Assembly (NCBI GenBank): GCA_965223905.1
Contig: CBDCXV010000009.1
Location: 736,001 to 800,000, forward strand
From: Candidatus Latescibacterota bacterium
GTDB lineage: Bacteria; Latescibacterota; UBA2968; UBA8231
Direction of reading: 5' to 3'
DNA length: 64,000 nt
Below, one piece after another: positions 38,480 to 47,958 of the stretch; position 1 is the first letter of the stretch; every line of letters starts with the position of its first letter. A program made the translations under genes and the position numbers. The notes under the pieces were generated by a model. It worked only from the letters and a program-made list of their open reading frames with translations. It was not told the DNA's origin and did no database searches.

Positions 38480-39308
38480 ACGCACCCTTGGCGTGCCGCC
38501 CGAGCATGCGCTGCAGCCGCGGCGAGGCCCCCTCCCAGACGTGCTCGGGCATGCGGTAGTCGATGAAGGGGTAGAACTTCTGGGAGACGAACCGCTTGCT
38601 GTAGGTCACCCCGGCCATCAGGCGGGTGCGGTCGGAAGTGTTGGGGGCGCCCCGGTGCCAGACCTGGTTGTTGAACATGTAGGCGTGGGTCCGGAGGGCG
38701 AGGAAGGAATGCGGGCCGTTGCCGTCGAAGCAGGGCCGGTCCTGCACCCCGGGCCGCCGCCCGGCGAAATGGCTCCCTGGGACGATCTGTGTGGGACCGT
38801 GCATCAGCTCCTCGACGTCGGTCAGCGGCGTGAAGACCTGCACCACGAAGCAGGGCAGCGGCACCTCTGGAGAGTGGCGGGGGATGTGCCGCGGCAGCGG
38901 GAAGTGGATGAGGTCGTCGAGGTGCCAGCCCCCCGGGCCGTCGGTCACAGCGCCGGGATCGGGCGGGGTGTACAGGGCGTTCTGGGACATGCAGTGGCAG
39001 TCCTCCCCGAGGATCGCCTCGGCGAGGCTGGCGAACGGCTCGCGGACGATGAGGTCGCGGAAGGCCGCGGAGTACTCGAACATGCGCATGAGACTGGTGC
39101 CGCGGATCTGATCCCGCTCCGGCTCGTGCATGGCCGCATCGTCCCACTTGCCCTGCATGTCCTCGCGCAACGCCTCGACCTCTTCCAGCTCCAGCACCGG
39201 GCCGAGGTCGCAGTACCCCTCCCGCTGGAACCGGGAGATCAGGCGTGCGGTCTCTTCGGTGGTGAACGGCTCACCGGGGAGAATGGCGCTGTCGGGCAGG
39301 CAGTTCAT
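38472..39308 (-). CDS. Phytanoyl-CoA dioxygenase family Fe(II)/2OG oxygenase
   Basis: WHLD (HxD), GPT..VPGSH, WHRG.PN.SDR.R. Confidence 0.9.
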   Translation of the reverse strand: MNCLPDSAILPGEPFTTEETARLISRFQREGYCDLGPVLELEEVEALREDMQGKWDDAAMHEPERDQIRGTSLMRMFEYSAAFRDLIVREPFASLAEAILGEDCHCMSQNALYTPPDPGAVTDGPGGWHLDDLIHFPLPRHIPRHSPEVPLPCFVVQVFTPLTDVEELMHGPTQIVPGSHFAGRRPGVQDRPCFDGNGPHSFLALRTHAYMFNNQVWHRGAPNTSDRTRLMAGVTYSKRFVSQKFYPFIDYRMPEHVWEGASPRLQRMLGRHAKGAYG

Positions 39309-39413
39309 GGGAAGGGGAGTGGTTGCGGAAATATTACCGGATCGGCTGCGCCGCAGGGGGGAACGCGTTCCGGCGCGGGGCGGTCCCGGGGAAATGGCCG
39401 GCGCCGTTGCCCA

Positions 39414-39510
39414 CTAGTGTCGCGTCCCACGGATAACTTGAAAAATCCGGCGCTGAGACGGGATGGATCGGCGCCGGAAATTGTAAGGGATTCCTGGGAC
39501 GCGACACTAG
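39414..39510. mobile_element. 97-bp palindromic MITE-like element
   Basis: 16-bp perfect inverted ends CTAGTGTCGCGTCCCA / TGGGACGCGACACTAG; inner TCCGGCGC/GCGCCGGA pair. Confidence 0.7.
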
Positions 39511-39512
39511 GG

Positions 39513-40507
39513 TCAGTCGAGGCTGTAGAACCCGTAGCGGAGCGACCAGCGATCCGCCTGCCCCGGGGGGATCTTCAGGTCGATGAACGGCTCGGGGCAC
39601 AGGGTAGTGGACGGGGACCAGTACTGCAGCTTCGACATCGGCCGGTCGCCGTCCATGCGCACGCCTGCCCCGGTCCTGCGGTTCTCGATGGCGAAACGGT
39701 GATCCTCGGCCCGGCCTGAAAACCATTCAACAGCGTCAGGATGAAGGCTCCCTCCGGGATCTCCTCGAGATAGGTCAGCTCCTTCCCCCTCACCTCGGCG
39801 AACCCCTTCAGATCCTGGTCGGGTAGCGGCGGGAACGGAAAGCGCACGACGAAATCCGGGCCGGTCGCCTGCCCGTCGATGACGAAGAAGTTGTGATTGT
39901 ACACGTCCGTTTCGATGGCGAGGCGGCCGCTGTTTTCGAGGACGTGATCGATCACCAGTTCGGGGCTTCCGGGGGTGAGGGTCAGCCGCTTCGAGTACGC
40001 ATACCCGTACCCGGAGCTGTCGTCCCTGACGGACTGGCCGAACTCGATCCAGTTGCCGCCCCGGGAGACCGTCCAGCCGCCGTGGTCGACGATGCGGTAG
40101 GTGTGGTTCCAGCGGAAATCCTCTTCATCCGGCTGCCGGCAGACCCCGACGCCGATGCGAACGAAGGATGCCCCGGGCTCTCCCGGCCGGTACCCGAGCG
40201 CTCCAAAGGAGTCGACCGGGCCGGTAATGCGGTCGTGCAGATAGGGGTCGTCCGACTCCTGCCACTCCCCGAAATACTCGTGCCCGTCATGGGTCAGGCT
40301 GTAGATGACGCCCGACCAGTCGAAGCGGGTGCCGCGGTAGTACCCGTTTTCGCTGTCGGGCAGGTAGATCCCGGCCGTGACCAGGTCGTTGGAGATGGAG
40401 GCTGTCGGGGCGGGGCCGGCCGAGGCCATGGACGCGGAGGTGGAGAGCGCGAGGAGCATCGGCAGCAACAGGTTCAGTGAAGGTAATTCTGGGAAAATCC
40501 GATTCAC
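39513..40507 (-). CDS. Exported aldose-1-epimerase-like beta-sandwich protein, apparent frameshift near 39715
   Basis: 'YLPD...GYYRGTRFDWSG','YNHNFF'; tail AEDHRFAIEN...CPEPFI...W..RY.F lies in the adjacent frame and ends at TGA 39513. Confidence 0.75.
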
Positions 40508-40527
40508 GAGTCAGCTGGTTCGGGAAT

Positions 40528-40740
40528 TCAGGCGATGGAAGGAGAGCGGACCCTTAGTTGAATGCGGAAGTCGATCATCTCGCGGAGAGCGGCGCCCCCA
40601 TTGGAATTGCGTTCTTCCCTCACTCGCAGGTCGAATTCTGTAACAGCCCTGGAAATTTCCTCCCACAACGGTTGCAGCCCGAGTCTCTCAATCTTGCTCT
40701 GGGCCCCATTGTAATATTTCTCCTCGACTATTTCGGGCAT
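40528..40740 (-). pseudogene. Truncated restriction endonuclease (5' part), cognate of the adjacent methyltransferase
   Basis: ATG overlaps the MTase 3' end; 70-aa MPEIVEEKYYNGA..KI.RLGL...NGGAALREMID stops with no catalytic core. Confidence 0.5.
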
Positions 40741-41600
40741 CGCACAGCTGTCGAGAAAAGGCTTGGAAATCCCCCGGGTAAACGTTTTGCGTCGAGCTTT
40801 ACGGTCAGGTCGGTAAGACGTTCGCGAATGATGGAGCAATCCCCGATCTCCATGCCGAGCCATTTGCGATCGTGAACCTCGGCCTGTTGATAGGTACTGC
40901 CTCCCCCTCCGAAGGGATCAAGTACGACGTCCCCGGGCTCGCTCGACATCAGGATGGCGCGTCCGGGAATGACGGGTTTCAGTTCGTTGATCCCGGGCCG
41001 GACCTTGAACTTGCGGTGCCGGACCGGTGAGGTGTCGTCCCAGAAGTCGGTCAAGTTGAGCCCGTCCGGGTTAAGGGCTTTTCGGTGTCCACCGTAATCC
41101 TTGATGTCCTTGCCGCAGTGCCGGCATTGGGGTACCGGAACGCGCAGGCGATTGTAGACGCGAGGCTCGCCCTTGGTGAAATAGAGCAGTGCGTAGTGTG
41201 CCGGGTACAGCTTCTTCCCCCGGGGGTAGGTGCCCTTCATGCTCAGGGCGATCCAGTGCCGGAATTGCATGGAACGGTTATCCAGGTGGTGCGCGAGATG
41301 GAAAGCCCACCTGGGCAGAGAATAGATGAACAGCGCCCCGCCATCGACGAGTACGCGGCAACACTCTTCGATCCAGCGGCAACACCAGTCGAGATAATCA
41401 TCATCCGTCCACGAGTCTGAAAAACCGTTGCCGTATTCCTTGTTGAGGTTGAATGGCGGATCGGCGAAAACCGTGTGAACCGACTCCGAGCATACCAAAG
41501 GCAGAACATCGAGACAGTCCGAGTTGAAGAGAACGCCTTTGGAAGTAACCAGGTAGGGCTGCGGGTGAGTATCGGTGTCGGTCAGCGTCGAGGAAACCAT
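40728..41600 (-). CDS. Beta-class N4-cytosine/N6-adenine DNA methyltransferase (M.BamHI-like)
   Basis: FADPPFN catalytic motif before the LDPFGGGGST SAM motif; start 41600 or 41660. Confidence 0.92.
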   Translation of the reverse strand: MVSSTLTDTDTHPQPYLVTSKGVLFNSDCLDVLPLVCSESVHTVFADPPFNLNKEYGNGFSDSWTDDDYLDWCCRWIEECCRVLVDGGALFIYSLPRWAFHLAHHLDNRSMQFRHWIALSMKGTYPRGKKLYPAHYALLYFTKGEPRVYNRLRVPVPQCRHCGKDIKDYGGHRKALNPDGLNLTDFWDDTSPVRHRKFKVRPGINELKPVIPGRAILMSSEPGDVVLDPFGGGGSTYQQAEVHDRKWLGMEIGDCSIIRERLTDLTVKLDAKRLPGGFPSLFSTAVRCPK

Positions 41601-41789
41601 TGAGGAGTTTGCTTCAGGGAGAATTGATTGCGAAAAGTTCGGTACCTGAGGGTACCACATGTTGGATCACCTCGCCATGTGAATGCCATAGCGATGACAC
41701 CGTAAATGATAATGAACAAACGTATACCATCATAGAGAGGGCATCGAACCTGGTCAATGGAGAAGGCGCCGCAATTGCCGCTTCGGTCC

Positions 41790-42998
41790 CTAAGCACCGG
41801 CGACGAACGGCTCGCGCTGAAACGACATCAGGAACTCGGGACCGCTTTCCGTCACGTGGCAGACGTCCCCGAGGGGGACGAACATCTTCCCCGACCCGGG
41901 CAGCGAGAAGGTCGAGTGCACGACCGCGGTGGTTCCTTCCTGCAGCGGGGTCTCGTTGCTCTCGTTGAGCACCGGGCTCTCGCTGTAGTCGAGCCCCATG
42001 CCGTGGCCGATGCGGCCGCCCTGGACCTCCCAGCCGCTCTCGGCCGCCTTCTCCCGCACCGCCCTGGCGACGCCGCCCACGGGAGCGCCCGGCCTCATCA
42101 CCTCGAGGCCGGCGTCCTGGGCCTGGCGCGTCAGGGCGCAGATGCGGTCGAGCTCGGGGCACGGCTCGCCGAGGGAGCCGGTGCGCTGGCCGTGGCACCA
42201 GTACCCCTTGTAGACGACGTAGGAGCAGGCGGCCATCAGGTCGCCGGCTTCCAGCACCCGCATGTGGGGCTTGACCTCGAGCCTGACGTCGGACCAGTCC
42301 GGCGCCGGCCCGGAGGCGATCCAGTACTTGGCGACGTCGGCCCCCTGCCTGCGGATGACGCGCTCCATCTCCGCGACGACCTCGATGCCGCGCATCCCGG
42401 GGCGGGCGGTCTTCACCAGGGTTTCGAAGCCGAGGTCGCTGAGCGCCGCGGCCCGGCGCATCATCTTGACCTCGCCGGGGGACTTGGCGTAGCGCAGCTC
42501 GGCGACGATGTCCCGGGGGGCGGCGAACCGGGCGCCGAGCTCCCCGACCAGGGCCTGGTGGAACGGCTGCGGCATGTTGTCGATGCCGACGACGCCGACC
42601 TGCCGGTCGCCGAAACCGCTCCCGTCGAGGATCGCCAGGGTTTCGGCGGCAAAGCTCCGCGGGGCCCCCGGCTTGCGCGCGTCGACGGCCACGGCGTTGG
42701 GATCGACCGCGGTGACCAGGCGGACGTCGTCGAGGGGGGACACCTCCATGGCGAGGTCGCGCATGTAGGGCATGCCGGCGAACATCAGCGTCGCCTCCCC
42801 CACCCGCGGGACGACGACGGCGGAGTCGACGATGCGGTCGTGGTCCGCCCACCCCGACAGGTAGGCGACGTGGCCTGTCTGCCCCCACATGTGCTCCATC
42901 GCCGGGGAGTAGACGAACAGCGCCCCGAGGTCCTCTTCCTCCAGGAACTGCTGCACCTTGCCGATGCGTCCGGCAAGCGTTTCGCGGGAAACTGCCAT
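41790..42998 (-). CDS. M24 (Xaa-Pro peptidase/creatinase fold) family protein
   Basis: Creatinase N-domain, 'R..KS..EV..MRRAA.LSD','RPGM','GHGMGL...E.P'. Confidence 0.88.
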   Translation of the reverse strand: MAVSRETLAGRIGKVQQFLEEEDLGALFVYSPAMEHMWGQTGHVAYLSGWADHDRIVDSAVVVPRVGEATLMFAGMPYMRDLAMEVSPLDDVRLVTAVDPNAVAVDARKPGAPRSFAAETLAILDGSGFGDRQVGVVGIDNMPQPFHQALVGELGARFAAPRDIVAELRYAKSPGEVKMMRRAAALSDLGFETLVKTARPGMRGIEVVAEMERVIRRQGADVAKYWIASGPAPDWSDVRLEVKPHMRVLEAGDLMAACSYVVYKGYWCHGQRTGSLGEPCPELDRICALTRQAQDAGLEVMRPGAPVGGVARAVREKAAESGWEVQGGRIGHGMGLDYSESPVLNESNETPLQEGTTAVVHSTFSLPGSGKMFVPLGDVCHVTESGPEFLMSFQREPFVAGA

Positions 42999-43138
42999 GG
43001 TTTCCTCCCTCCCTTTCAATCCCTGCCTGACACGAGGCAGGGCAGATTCTGGTTACTTGCCCATTCTGCGTTGCGGGTGTGCCCGCCACCGGTCTCCCGG
43101 TGGCTCGCCGAACCTCTGCTGATGCCCGCCGCGGAAGG

Positions 43139-44023
43139 CTACACGCGGGCGAACTTCTGGACGCGCTGCCCCAGGTCGCCGTCCCCGATCTCGGCGACGT
43201 AGATGCTGCCCTCGGCGTCGACGCAGAGTCCGTGGGGCGATTCCATCACTCCCCCGGCGGAGCCGGAGAAGCGGCTGACGCACTCCCCCTCGGGGGTCCA
43301 GACGCCGGCGCGCCCGAAGCCGCCCTGCTCGACGACGTAGATCATGCCGTCCCCGGTTACCCAGACGTCGCCGGGCATCGACAGGTCCGTCCACTCCTCG
43401 ATGAAGGCGCCGTCGGGATCGAAGACCTGGATGCGGTCGTTCTCGCGGTCGCAGACGAGCACGCGACCGTCGCGGTCGCAGCCGATGTTGTGGACGACGG
43501 CGAACTGCCCGGGGCCGGAGCCGGGCTCGCCCCAGGTGAGCAGGTGCTCTCCCTCCTTCGAGTACTTGTGCACGCAGCGGTTGGCGTAGCCGTCGGAGAC
43601 GTAGATCGAGCCGTCGGGGCCGATGGCCACGCCGGTCGGCATGTTGAACTGCCGCCGGTAGTAGGTGACGCCGGCGACTCCCCGGGTGCCCCACTCCCGC
43701 TGCATCTCCCCGAGCAGGCTGTAGCGGCGCACGATGTGCTGCAGGGAATCGGTGAGGTAGACCTCGTCGTCCGGGCCGATGAAGATGCCGTGCGACTGGC
43801 TGATCAGGTGCGGCGAGACCCCGAAGTCGCCGTACCCCCAGGAGGTGACGAAGCGGCCCTCCCTGTCGAAGACGATGATCGGGTGAACCCCGCGGGTGAA
43901 GATGAAGATGCGTCCCTTCGAATCGACGGCGGCGTCCGAGACCTGCGCGGGCACCCAGCCTTCGGGGTACTTCGCCCAGCCGTCGACCAGCTCGTACCTG
44001 AAATCACCTTCTCCAAGCTCCAT
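43139..44023 (-). CDS. NHL-repeat protein (peptidyl-alpha-hydroxyglycine amidating lyase-like)
   Basis: 'FNMPTGVA..PDGSIYVSDGY.N..VHKY','WGEPG.GPGQF..VH','DRENDRIQVF'. Confidence 0.9.
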   Translation of the reverse strand: MELGEGDFRYELVDGWAKYPEGWVPAQVSDAAVDSKGRIFIFTRGVHPIIVFDREGRFVTSWGYGDFGVSPHLISQSHGIFIGPDDEVYLTDSLQHIVRRYSLLGEMQREWGTRGVAGVTYYRRQFNMPTGVAIGPDGSIYVSDGYANRCVHKYSKEGEHLLTWGEPGSGPGQFAVVHNIGCDRDGRVLVCDRENDRIQVFDPDGAFIEEWTDLSMPGDVWVTGDGMIYVVEQGGFGRAGVWTPEGECVSRFSGSAGGVMESPHGLCVDAEGSIYVAEIGDGDLGQRVQKFARV

Positions 44024-44500
44024 GCGAATCCTCCGTTTTATCAGCCGCTGAAAAATCCATCTGGGCTGCGGCAGGCCCTGACGGCCGCAGCGAGGTTGCG
44101 CTCCCTCCCCGAATCCCCTGCGGTGCGGCCCGGTAGCGCGCCTTGTCTTCGAGCCGCCATGACTCGGCCTGCCTGCAGAGCAACTTTAGCGACGGGCTGT
44201 GTTGGTGTGAAACTCCGCGTTCCCCTCACTCCCCGGCGGGACCGCGCCTTGTTGTATTCGACCCCGCCTGCAAGCGGCTTCACCGCGGACCTCTGAATCT
44301 GGGCGAATTTCTCGATGCGCCGCTCCCTGTCGCAGTCGCCGGCCTCGCCTCGCCTGCAAGTGCCGCTTCATCAACGGGCTCCCTGAAGCGCGGCGCGGTC
44401 CGTCCTCGATTGGTACGGATTCGTCCGGAGAACGGACTCCCACAGCGGAACATCCACGGCACATCACCGGCGAACCGGTTCACGACAGGGGCGGCACCAG

Positions 44501-45448
44501 TCATCCGGCCCCCTCGATAAAAGCCTCGTACAGCTCCTGCACCCCGGCCTCGAACGGGTCGCCGTCGTGGGCGACGACGCGGATGGCGAAATCGACGGCC
44601 TCGCCGCGGTTGACGAACGTCGCCCCCTTGCGGAACGGGTTGACCCGGATGCTGCCGTAGGTGGCCGCGTACCAGGCGGCGTTGCCGAGGGAAGGGTACT
44701 GAAATACCGCGATGCCGGCTGTGCGTCCCTGTGAGTCGGTGCCGTAGTAGTCGATCCAGCCGGCGTGCTGCCAGCCGACCTCTTCGCCGCGGCGGCCCTC
44801 GGAGTCGACGAGCTCGCCGCCCAGCGGTTCGCCTCGGCGGTCGACGACGCGCAGGTGATCGGCGACGCGGATCGTGAAGTACCCGTGCCGCGACGGTCCG
44901 ATGCGGATGTCCCTGTCGGTCGGCCGCAGCTCGGAGCGGACGTCGATGAGGTTGGCGCCCTCCCCGGGGCGGACGCCGACGGTGCGCATCTCCTCGGCGA
45001 CGACGCGGCGGTACTTCGGGCTGTACCCCTCCTCCGGGCCCTGCCACTGCGTGCGCAGGATGATCTCGAGGCGGTCCTCGCCGAGCTCCGTGCACTCGTT
45101 GTGGGCGGCGGCGACGATGCGGCCTTCGCCGCGGCCGCGCATGTCGGGGCCGTCGGTGTAGAAGCACATCCCCGGGTCCTCGAAGCGGCCGGCCGCGGAG
45201 GTCCGGCAGGTGAAGAAGTAGTCGTTGCCGACGGTGATCGACTGGTGAAAGGGGTGGTCCTCCGGGCGCTCGCTGGTGACGCCGACTCCCGACGGGGTGA
45301 GGACCGGGTAGACATAGCAGCGCCGCGCCGACTGGCAGACCCCGGTGACCGGCCTGCCCTTCCAGCCCACCCGCAGCAGGCGGACCGGTTCCTCCTCCGG
45401 GTCCGCGGGAAGGGCGATGGGGGCGCTGTCGATACCGAAGTGCTTCAT
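44501..45448 (-). CDS. DUF6807/PmoA-like beta-sandwich protein
   Basis: 'Y.YPV.TPSG..VT.E.P.DHP.H.S','G.F.IRVA','G.LVDSEG..G','W..YG'. Confidence 0.72.
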   Translation of the reverse strand: MKHFGIDSAPIALPADPEEEPVRLLRVGWKGRPVTGVCQSARRCYVYPVLTPSGVGVTSERPEDHPFHQSITVGNDYFFTCRTSAAGRFEDPGMCFYTDGPDMRGRGEGRIVAAAHNECTELGEDRLEIILRTQWQGPEEGYSPKYRRVVAEEMRTVGVRPGEGANLIDVRSELRPTDRDIRIGPSRHGYFTIRVADHLRVVDRRGEPLGGELVDSEGRRGEEVGWQHAGWIDYYGTDSQGRTAGIAVFQYPSLGNAAWYAATYGSIRVNPFRKGATFVNRGEAVDFAIRVVAHDGDPFEAGVQELYEAFIEGAG

Positions 45449-45449
45449 C

Positions 45450-46538
45450 TCACCTGAACCAGTCGTAGTTGAGCCCGAGGCCGCGGTCCGGCAGCGGCAG
45501 ATCGACGCGGTCCCGCCGGGCCGAGGAGAGCTTGAGGGCGATCTCGACCTCGAGCGCGGCCGCGGCGCGGCGGCCGGAGTTCAGGGGCTCGCGGCAGCGC
45601 CCCTCCAGGCAGTCGATCAGGGAGGCGAGACCGTACACGGCGTTGTATCCCGGGGCAAGCCGCGGCCCCGGCCACGGGACCTCGAGGCGGCGTTTGCCCG
45701 CGGCGGTCTCGACGTCCCGCCGGAGCCGCCAGCCCCCGTCGAGCAGCAGCTCTCCGGCGCTGCCGCTGACCCGCAGCAGGGGGGCTCCCTTGCGGAAGAA
45801 AACCACGTTGCCGGCCGCAGTCACCATCATCCCCTGGCCGGCGAACTCGTCGCTGCCGGACGGGCGCCTCTCCCCGTCGCCGCAGCCGCAGACCCAGGCC
45901 GGGTCGCCGTCGACGAACAGCGACCAGTGCTGTTTCTGCGCCATCGGCAGGGGCGCCTCCATCGACGCGACCTCGCCGAGGGTGCCGCCGCGTACGAGCT
46001 CCTTCGCCGTTCCGTAGGAGGGGTGGTTGACGGGGATGGCGCCGGCGCACAGGGGAACGCCGGCCGCGGCGCAGGCCCCGACCATGCGGTCGGCTTCCTC
46101 GAGGGTGTGCGCCATCGGCTTCTCGACGGCGATCGCCCTGACCCCGTACTCGACCGCCAGGCTGGCGAGGCCGGCGCGCCCCTTCGTGTTGGTGGCGATG
46201 GCGACGATGTCGAGCCGCTGCTCCCGCAGCATCTCCCTGGGGTCGGCGTAGACCGCGGCGGCGGCGCAGCGCTCGGAGAAAACCGCCCGCCGCTTGGGGT
46301 CGCGCTCGGCCGCGGCGACCAGCTCGACCTCGGAGCGGTCGCGCATGACCTCGGCCCAGCTGTGGGGGACCTGGGTTTCCCCGGGGCCGTCGTGGAAGTG
46401 GAAGCGGCGGTGGACGTCGAGCTCCGGGGTCGGCCTGTCGGTATCGTCGACGTCGTAGCGGGTCGGCGGCCGCCTACCGAGGTCGGAGAGCAGGCCCATC
46501 CACCCCAGTCCGATAACGCCTCCCCGGTATGCAGGCAT
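45450..46538 (-). CDS. Gfo/Idh/MocA family oxidoreductase
   Basis: VIGLGWMG, 'Y.D..EML....LDIV.IAT','EKPMA.TL.EADRM'. Confidence 0.9.
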   Translation of the reverse strand: MPAYRGGVIGLGWMGLLSDLGRRPPTRYDVDDTDRPTPELDVHRRFHFHDGPGETQVPHSWAEVMRDRSEVELVAAAERDPKRRAVFSERCAAAAVYADPREMLREQRLDIVAIATNTKGRAGLASLAVEYGVRAIAVEKPMAHTLEEADRMVGACAAAGVPLCAGAIPVNHPSYGTAKELVRGGTLGEVASMEAPLPMAQKQHWSLFVDGDPAWVCGCGDGERRPSGSDEFAGQGMMVTAAGNVVFFRKGAPLLRVSGSAGELLLDGGWRLRRDVETAAGKRRLEVPWPGPRLAPGYNAVYGLASLIDCLEGRCREPLNSGRRAAAALEVEIALKLSSARRDRVDLPLPDRGLGLNYDWFR

Positions 46539-46749
46539 GGCGGCTGCGGCTTCCTACTGACCAGTCCCACCCGGGCCGCAAGGGGCCTGAGTGTGGCGTA
46601 CCCGGGGTGAGCGGCGAGTGAGGGCAAGGCCCCGAAACGGGATTGAAGGGCGGAAGAATGGCAAGATTTTGGTGAGTCAGGAGTTTTCCATCGGTCTTGA
46701 CCGACCAGGTGGATGAAGGGCAGGGGTAGCGTGAGACCTCCAAAATAGA

Positions 46750-47778
46750 TCAGGTGGCGGCGCGGCTGGCCGCGACGAAGGCGTCGACGTCGACCGGCAC
46801 GCCCCCTTTGCGGGCCGATTCCCACGCCGCCAGCAGCGGCGCCAGGGTCTTGAGCCCGTCGCTGAAATCGCTGCGCAGCGCGCTCCCGCTGCCGCTGCGG
46901 ATCGCCTCGATGAAGGTGCGGTCCAGCTCCCGCCAGGGCTGGAACTCCTCCGACATGTACACGGTCTCGCCGTTCATCTCGATGTGCGAGTACCCGCGGT
47001 GGATCGCCAGGTACCCGCCCTCGTAGTAGAACAGGAACCAGGCCTCGTTCGCCGGGGACGCCGGCGAGGTCTGGAGGAAGGTCATGGCCATGGTGGCGCC
47101 GTTGGAGAGGCGGAAGCTGCAGGGCGCCGACAGCGGCACCCGGTAGGGCCCGCGCTCGCAGAAGAAGGCCTGCGCCGCCTCGACGTCGAGGCCGCTGACG
47201 AAGCGGCAGTAGTCGATGGCGTGCGGCCCCCATCCCAGTGAGTTGGCGTGGCACTCGATGATCCTCTCCCAGCCCGGGGTCTCGGCGTCCGGGTCGAGCG
47301 GCGGCAGCCGGTCAATGCTCTGGAAGCGGACGTGGACGATCTCCTTGTCGGCGAGCAGCCGTTTTGCCTCTTGGAAGATCGGGCGGTAGCGCTCGCGGAA
47401 GCAGACGGTGCCGAGGAGGCGGTTGCGCTTCAGGGCGTCGTCGATGTCGAGGGCGGTCTTCATGTCGAGGGCCTGCGGCTTCTCGCAGAAGAGGTGGGCC
47501 CCCTTCCCGGCCGCGGCGATTTCGACCGCGGGCCGGGCCGCGGCCGGCACCAGCGACCACAGGGCGTCGAGGGATTCCTTCTCCACCATCTCGAGGCCGT
47601 CGGTGTAGGCGGCCGGGATGTCGAATTCCGAGGCCGCGGACCGGACCTTGTCGGCGTCGATGTCGCAGACGGCGACGACTTCCGCGGCGGGGATGGACTT
47701 CAGGTTGGGGAGATGTTGGGTGACCGCGTGTCCGCCGGCGCCGTACATGCCGACGCGCACCCGGTCCGAAGCAGCCAT
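46750..47778 (-). CDS. Gfo/Idh/MocA family oxidoreductase
   Basis: VGMYGAGGH, 'G.HLFCEKPQA','CFRERY'. Confidence 0.92.
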   Translation of the reverse strand: MAASDRVRVGMYGAGGHAVTQHLPNLKSIPAAEVVAVCDIDADKVRSAASEFDIPAAYTDGLEMVEKESLDALWSLVPAAARPAVEIAAAGKGAHLFCEKPQALDMKTALDIDDALKRNRLLGTVCFRERYRPIFQEAKRLLADKEIVHVRFQSIDRLPPLDPDAETPGWERIIECHANSLGWGPHAIDYCRFVSGLDVEAAQAFFCERGPYRVPLSAPCSFRLSNGATMAMTFLQTSPASPANEAWFLFYYEGGYLAIHRGYSHIEMNGETVYMSEEFQPWRELDRTFIEAIRSGSGSALRSDFSDGLKTLAPLLAAWESARKGGVPVDVDAFVAASRAAT

Positions 47779-47958
47779 GATCGATCCTGTGTCGTTTGTA
47801 TTGCGCCGGGGCTCGGGGGTGTCCCTCGGGTTAGGGCAGGGCCCAGGTTGGCCGGCACCGCTGGCAGAGCGACCTTACCGGGCAATATGCTGTGCAGACC
47901 AGGAGCGTACCAACCGCATAAGGACAGGCGCGGTCAAACAATTTAAGGGCGAGGAAAA

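Noticed and set aside
46540-46745. Possible ncRNA or tRNA-Sec in the intergenic region
   Set aside because: No cloverleaf, T-loop or known riboswitch consensus could be identified by eye.
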